Origin: Eledone cirrhosa
Taxonomy: Eukaryota
Length of the DNA: 64,000 nt
NCBI GenBank assembly: GCA_964016885.1
Contig: OZ024741.1
Span: 342,798,001 to 342,862,000 of the forward strand
Direction: 5' to 3'
Program-made: the position numbers and the translations under genes
Shown here: positions 57,363 to 64,000 of the stretch, piece by piece
Position numbering within the stretch: position 1 is the stretch's first letter
Layout: each line of letters begins with the position of its first letter
Notes under the pieces: generated by a model
Told to the model about the DNA's origin: nothing
Database searches by the model: none
The model's input: the letters and a program-made list of their open reading frames with translations, nothing else

Positions 57363-58155
57363 ACGCGTTCTTGAGACTAGTAAAATGAGGTATCCTCTTG
57401 ATAAGTCGGCAGACCTCGCAAGGACTCTATATCTTCATGATATATTGTTTTTGTTTATGCCACGAAACTACGTAGTCGAGGAATTTAGGAGCAGTTTAGG
57501 TATGATACATTTTATTACTAATTATATCTAAATGTTTCTTCTCTCTTCATAATGTATTTTTAACTCTGATACTGGTTCAGTCTAGTTCAACTGAATTGGT
57601 CTGTCCCAGTCATTCATTGAGCAACATCGGTGAAGTTGGCACCCTTAACTCACAGTTGGGTGCGGATGCATTCATGTATATATGTGTGTGTGTCCGCATG
57701 TATCTGTGTGTTTCTAATTATATTGTTAATAACTCCCTCTGGTCGAGCAATCTTTGAGGTGTGGGGACAGCTGGAAGGCTTCCATTACTCATACTTCTTG
57801 CCTTCTTCACCACCTCTTCTACGGCCTCGATATAAATACCCCCTCCGCCTCCGTGGTATTTTCTTCGGGGTTATAAGAGGCTTAGCTCTGTTTCTCGACC
57901 GTTATATCGCGTGACTATCTCCCCCTCCGCCTTTTGGGATTCTTTCTCACGTCGTGTAGACGCGTTCTTGAGACTAGTAAAATGAGGTATCCTCTTGATA
58001 AGTCGGCAGACCTCGCAAGGACTCTATATCTTCATGATATATTGTTTTTGTTTATGCCACGAAACTACGTAGTCGAGGAATTTAGGAGCAGTTTATGTAT
58101 GATACATTTTATTACTAATTATATCTAAATGTTTCTTCTCTCTTCATAATGTATA
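57358..58155 (+). mobile_element. 1.3-unit partial tandem (597-bp period, ~200-bp direct repeats), non-autonomous, with two hammerheads
   Basis: 57358-57557 matches 57955-58154 nearly identically. (TA)n on both sides. No credible ORF. Confidence 0.88.
57393..57482 (+). ncRNA. Hammerhead, U3-A8 core variant (second copy at 57990-58079)
   Basis: UCCUC-UUGAUAA-GUCGGCA...UGCCAC-GAAAC UACGUA GUC^-GAGGA. Palindromic ACUACGUAGU stem III. Confidence 0.85.
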
Positions 58156-58187
58156 TATATATATATATATATATACATATATATATG

Positions 58188-58275
<88 letters not shown>

Positions 58276-58373
58276 GGAGGTGAGTTTTATTGTAGTACAA
58301 TAAAGCAATGCAGATATCGGATAAGAAGCACTCTACAGTTTGTAGGACTGGAGTATACATAATATATAAGATC

Positions 58374-58409
<36 letters not shown>

Positions 58410-58439
58410 AGATCAAAAGATGGTTAAAAGAGTTCCATG

Positions 58440-58510
58440 TATTTTATTATGCGCATTTCAAAAACAAATATCATCATGGGATGATATTTGCGTTCTCATC
58501 AGATAAAATA
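58440..58510 (-). ncRNA. Type I hammerhead
   Basis: UAUUUUAU-CUGAUGA-GAACGCAAAUAUCAUC CCAU GAUGAUAUUUGUUUUU-GAAAU GCGC AUA^-AUAAAAUA. Confidence 0.9.
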
Positions 58511-58589
58511 GGGAGACATGATATGAAGCTTAACAAACACTTGCGAGCAGTGAAGTGTTAAATCAACATACTATAAATATATATATATA

Positions 58590-59562
58590 GTTAGGAAAGC
58601 AGAAAATTGCTTATTGTAATCCAATTCGTGGTTAAGATAACCCGTTTCTTGGACGGTTTCCAACGTACGGTTAGGGGGTAACTCCACAAGTTTGCAAGAA
58701 TCTGGTTAGTAAATCCCGTTCAATCTTGGAGTATAAACAATAACAGAGAAAACACAGGTAAGTATTAAAAAAAAGGATTTTATCCAGGTATTTACGACCG
58801 TTTCATTGGTAAGCGCAACCTTATATCGCTATACTGCAAATAGCAGCCACTCGATAATAACTGTTATTCACCTCCAAATTATCAAAATAATGAATAAGTT
58901 ACTTGTAAAAGGTTCTTAATATATAAAAAAACATTTTTTGGAATCGTATTTACTAGTACAGAGAGAGAGGAAGGGGAGAATAATTAGGAAGTAGAGGGAC
59001 AAACGGAGATGGAGGGAGGGGTAAAGATGGAATGATTCTTCGAACAGTTTTGATTCGTAGACTTGATTTACAGTGTAGGGAGTTAAAGAGAATTAAATTG
59101 TTTATAGTGGGAGGAAGAGAGAGAGAGAAAGAGAGAGAATGAGAGAGAGTGAGAGAGAGAGAGAGATAGGGGGGGGGAGATAGAGAGATAAATATATACA
59201 TATATAAAAAGAGGGAAGAGAAAAAAGAAGAAAAGAAAAAAGAACAAAAACAGGGAGAGGAGAAAACGAAAAAAGAAAAAAGGAATGAAGGAGGAGAGAG
59301 GGACGTAAGTATTGGTTACTGTGGGTAATTAAAGTGGTTAGATTCAATAAGTGGGCAGAAAGTCTAAGTATATGCAGTTTGTCAGGCGGTAGTAGGAGGT
59401 TAAGGGTTCGATTTGCACTTGTAGTGCGAACATTTTTCTTTAAGTCTATGGTTGCAATAAATTGATCGATTTTATTGTTGAGTAACTTATTCTTCGAACT
59501 CAAAATGTGGAACAGTTCAAGGTCACAAAATCGATAAGTGCAAATCGAACCTTTAACCTCCT
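58590..59562 (-). mobile_element. Probable Naiad-type PLE extreme 3' fragment with short 5' inverted segment
   Basis: 'KLLNNKID..YCNHRLK' resembles the C-terminus at ~38900 (LLNNRIERSLYCNYRLK). Inverted repeat ~59394-59421/59536-59562. Candidate U3-A8 HHR at ~58790-58895. Confidence 0.55.
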
Positions 59563-59584
59563 ATATATATATATATATATATAT

Positions 59585-60125
59585 GTAGAAGATGATGTGG
59601 TTGAGAGGAAGAGCAAGGCCTGGGCGGCGTGCCACAGCTTGAGATCGGTGTGGAAGTCGGACCTTCGTAGAGACCTGAAAATCCGCCTCTTCATTGCTGT
59701 AGTGGAGTCTGTGCTGCTGTATGGGTCTGAGACTTGGACACTGACCAAGAAACTCACTCAGATGGTGGATGGGTGCTACACGAGAATGCTGAGGATGGCT
59801 CTGAACATTAATCAGTATACACTGAGGATGAAAAACTCAGAGCTGTATGGGAGCATCCCAAAAGTCAGCTCAAAAGTGACACAGAGGAGACTGAGGTTGG
59901 CTGGACATGCTCACCGACATCCAGAGTTGACATTGCACTCAGTGCTCCTTTGGGAGCCCCTACATGGACACACTAGAAGCGGAAGACCAAGGTTAACGTA
60001 TGTTGATGCCCTAAGGACAGACACTGGTCTGTTTGAGATGCTGGACATGGCAGCGATAATGAGGGACAGAGACCGCTGGAGAGAACTCGTCCATGGATCT
60101 CGGGAATTTTACCCGCCTTAGATAG

Positions 60126-60127
<2 letters not shown>
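59585..60127 (+). mobile_element. RTE-clade LINE 3' end, intact frame, inserted in (TA)n
   Basis: KIRLFIAVVESVLLYGSETWTLTK..RRLRLAGH..GRP. Stop at 60121 with a short (TAGA) tail. Confidence 0.9.
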
Positions 60128-60186
<59 letters not shown>

Positions 60187-60469
60187 CTTGACCACAAAAA
60201 AATACTTTTTAAAAAATCATGTTCACTTAAAAATAATTTTTAAATAATGCAAAATGAAATTGAAAGGCCCATATATATATATAGTTCTACTTGTGGGGGG
60301 GGGGGGGGGGGGTCATATTGTGGTAATAATATTCCCAGAATTAATAACAGAACACGCTCACTGTTTGGTTGGTTTTCGCTTTATATCAGTTAATTCATTC
60401 ACTCCTCAATGTTTACCATTGACTGACCAACGGTAAAAAATACAGATATAATATAGATATAAACACATA

Positions 60470-61312
60470 TATATAGTCTAACAAAGTTCTTTCGTTGCAC
60501 ATCTGCAACATCGTCAGTGGTGCTATTATGTTCTTCCTGTTGTATTGTATATCTACGCCATCTTTATTTTATCTGTTTATTTATTTATTTATTTATTTAT
60601 TTATTTTTGTCTTCTCTGCGTATGCGTTTGCGAGTGTGTATAGTGTTTGGTGTGTGTTCGCGTTTGGGTGACTGTGTTTTGGTTATTGTATTCTATCTTA
60701 GTTTATTAGTGTGTGTTTATATGTGTTTGTTGTTATTGTGCTTGTGTATATATATATATTTATTTATTCATATTTCTCTTAAGTTAGTACTGTTTGTTTG
60801 GGTGTTGTTGTTATTCCATTTATTTTTTCTGTTTAGCTTTGGCTTTCTAAGTTCTATTTCACTTGCCTCCCTGATTTGCCTATCTGCTAGGTCATTTTTA
60901 TGTTTAGATATTATTTTAATTTCTATGTTGTCTATGTTACCGTCATGTTGTTGTCTGGCGTGTTCGTATAGTACTGAACCGCTTTTCGTCCTTTTAGTTC
61001 CCCCCAGTGTTGGTCTATCCTTTCACCTATGCTACGAGCTGTCTCCTCTATATATGTTGTTGTCATGTTTCTGCATGTACTCTCTGTACATCTTATGCTA
61101 TAGACTACGTTTCTAGTTTTACAGTTTATCCGGGGGTTTACTTTAAATATAATACATTTAGTATTAGTTCAGTGGATTTTCTTAAAAGGGTATGTTTTGA
61201 TGATCAGGGATTTTATGGTAGTTCGTGGCTTTTCTACCACTTTAATCTTTAAGTGGGTCTTTCTCAGGGCCTTTCTACACTGGTTAGCTAATTTCCCTCC
61301 AGGTAAAAAATC
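60470..61312 (-). mobile_element. PLE 3' fragment of a non-Naiad clade: GIY-YIG, 3'UTR and degenerate hammerhead
   Basis: Manual translation NCKTRNVVYSIRC..C..TYIEETARSIGERIDQH (not in the ORF track). CUGACGA-U GUUGCA GAUG UGCAAC-GAAA at 60490-60517. Confidence 0.8.
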
Positions 61313-61318
61313 TCGCAA

Positions 61319-61366
<48 letters not shown>

Positions 61367-61411
61367 GTTATACATATATATATGTGGGTGTCTGTGACCT
61401 ATATACACTGG

Positions 61412-61508
<97 letters not shown>

Positions 61509-62139
61509 AACACTCACACACATATACTCACAAACTTAGAAACCCTTCCTATTTAGCAGGAAATATTTACTACACATAACCTGTTTTAACACAAGTTATA
61601 TGATACATATGACTTAATATTCAGTCCCCAAATTTTATCTAGATACAGTAATGCTATATTCGGTTCTTTGAAGTCACCTGTTATAATTTCATTCAACAAC
61701 ACCAACATCTCTCTCTCGCTGAATCTACTCACTCACAACCATCATCTCTTTCTCTCTCTATTTTTTTTTTATATCTCGTGAACCCGTGCTCTGATTTACG
61801 CGAAACTTATTTCATTCCATTTGCATTCCAATTTCAGGGCCAACTTCCTTTCAAAGTATTTCCCCATTATGCACCCTTTTGGCCGTATTAAATTACAGAC
61901 AAGCACATGATCACAGAGTATTAATAGTATATAGATACATATATTCAAAATAAACAACAACTCCCTCTACACCACCACTACTACCACCACCACCACCCTC
62001 CACCACCACATATTTTAAAATCCTGTCAAATAATTCAACAAAAGCATACCACACAAAAAAGATCTACCCCACACCCCAGAGGTTTACAGAAGATGAAAAC
62101 ATTTGTTGTTTCAAAATAAACAAATATTGTAGTAGGATA

Positions 62140-62658
62140 TATATTTCTATTTATTTGCCACCAGGGCATGAAAGATTGGGACAAATACAAAGGGGGAGTT
62201 TACATACATTTAAAAAGACGTGTAAAAAACATATAACACATTAAATTTAACAATCGATGTCCTCAATAGGGAGGGGCGTTGACATGGGTCGCACACACCC
62301 CCGAAAAAAATGTGCAACCCTCCTCTTCAGAAGCACAAAGAGCGGGTGCTTCCTTCCTCTACTCATTCTTCTCCTCTCTCCCCTACAGGCTGATATAGAG
62401 AGAAGGCCCATTCACTCGGGCCATTCTCGCTACTTTCACCCATCTTTCATAAAACTTGCTGGGGTAGAGCACCTCTCTCTCCATTCTGATCCTTCTTCTA
62501 AAGTGGTACTTGAAAACAAAGACCAGTTGTTGGCCGGAGAGAAAGGTGTCTGACCTCAGCCCTTTCAACCTTGTCCACCATACAACTTCTTTCACCATGG
62601 CTATCACACAGAGGAAAACCGCCTCTCCTTCGTTTTTGAAAGGGGGAGGCGGTTTGAT
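62140..62658 (-). mobile_element. L1/Tx1-clade LINE 3' end (same family as 18190-18800)
   Basis: AMVKEVVWWTRLKGL..FKYHFRR..EREVLYPSKF.ERWV. Confidence 0.85.
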
Positions 62659-62819
62659 CGTAGTATGTATACAGATTGTTATTTAGTGTAGATACGATGT
62701 GTTCAATTTTTTTATGCGTGGATAAGTAACAGAGAGAAATAGTATCATGGAGGATTTAGAAGATGTTGTGAGAGGGCATCTTGTGGTGTGAACTTCCAGT
62801 TGGATAATCGGTGAGCCTT

Positions 62820-63335
62820 CTTATGCAGACAATGTATAAAAACTTCCGTCGTGGAGCTTCTAGCTTCTAGCTAGTTCTTTGGCTTCATTGTTAATAGAAT
62901 TGTAAGTGTCAGTTTTAACCTTCTGGTAATTATTTGTTATATTGCTTATCATAAGTTGATCATATCTATCTGCATTTTCCTTAGTCTTGTCAGAGCAAAC
63001 AAAAATATTATTTGACGATCTAAATTTGTTATTATCTTTTATGAGGGTTTTTTGGAAGGAACTATGGTACTTACAGAACATTATGCTAGCTATTAAATCT
63101 AAGAGGTCGGCATCGAAGTCTGCTAAATCTTTAATTTGGGTGGGTACTTGTTTGACTTGAGGTTGAAACTTTCTGTGGTGGTAGTTGCCATATCTCCGCC
63201 AAAAAGCAGAGCCTTCCATCCTACCATCTCAATCTTTGTACCACAACCTTTCTCAAGTAGTATATTGGAGTAGGAGTAGTTAGTAGGTTTCGGTATGTTC
63301 TTGGAGGAGTAGTCTATCTCGTATATGCCCATTAT
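62820..63335 (-). pseudogene. Naiad-type PLE 5' fragment
   Basis: MGIYEIDYSSKNIP..WKAL..FNLKS..DLLDL..SDKT; homologous to 22014-22500. Confidence 0.85.
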
Positions 63336-64000
63336 ATTGATATGTTTAGAATAATCCTTTAGTCTAAAGATTGCTCAACTATTCTGACTACTAAACCAAT
63401 CTTTCTTACTGGTATATGACAGACTTTGACACAAAAATCCACACTACGAGCAATATTCAACAGGTTTTCACTTAAAGGAGATGGCACACATTGTCCTATA
63501 TAAAATAAACGCATTTTCCGGCTTATTGGACGTACTAAAAAAACATAAAAATATGTTCCCTGCGTCCAATACGGCCGTATCACCGATGGGAGGCCGAACG
63601 GAGCATAAGGAAAATAATGATTTAAAAAATAGTTTGTATTACTATTAGTATAACTAATACAACTTATATAAGCAAAATTATGCCCCAAAATTTAATAAAT
63701 TTATGAAGAAACGTATTAAAATTCTTTCTTCTCAAAATGAGGAGGCATTCAGTAGGGAAGGACGTCAAATAGGCCAGCAAATACGGTAACTCGGAGGATT
63801 GTTCGGCTCGTCTAATGATGCAGAGCACGATTGTTAACGTGAACTGTTGCAAACTGCAGGGTTCAATAAAATAATGACACCTAGATCTCAAACCCCCACC
63901 CACACAAAAGTAGCACCAATGAAGGTGTCTCAGAATAGCCAGAACCCCGGTACTGCAACAGTTAAGAGTTTAAAAAATCCTATGAAAAAAAAAAAATGTG

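Noticed and set aside
57358-58150. TRIM/LTR element (repeats can be read as TG...CA)
   Set aside because: No primer-binding site or polypurine tract on either strand. Identity extends beyond the CA, and the repeats contain hammerheads.

Overview
AT-rich, microsatellite-saturated eukaryotic DNA with no recognisable host protein-coding gene. The repeat content (R4/Dong LINEs, Nin/Deu-domain and CORE-type tRNA SINEs, Naiad-type Penelope-like elements) suggests a mollusc, probably an octopus; this is inference. Almost all long ORFs in the track are artefacts of simple repeats. Real content falls into four groups. (1) 1-12.5 kb: a same-orientation stack of R4/Dong non-LTR retrotransposons inserted into (CATA)n. 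(2) Penelope-like elements (PLEs) and fragments inserted into (TA)n. (3) About 20 type I hammerhead ribozyme (HHR) motifs, identified by hand, in PLE 3' ends and small non-autonomous elements. These include a 5.5-copy, 310-bp retrozyme-like tandem array whose end lies at the predicted self-cleavage site, and at least two families with a compensated U3-A8 core (UUGAUAA) that a standard CUGANGA search would miss. (4) SINE clusters, RTE and L1/Tx1 fragments, a Helitron-like 3' end and large satellites. All structures were derived by eye, not by folding software or database search.
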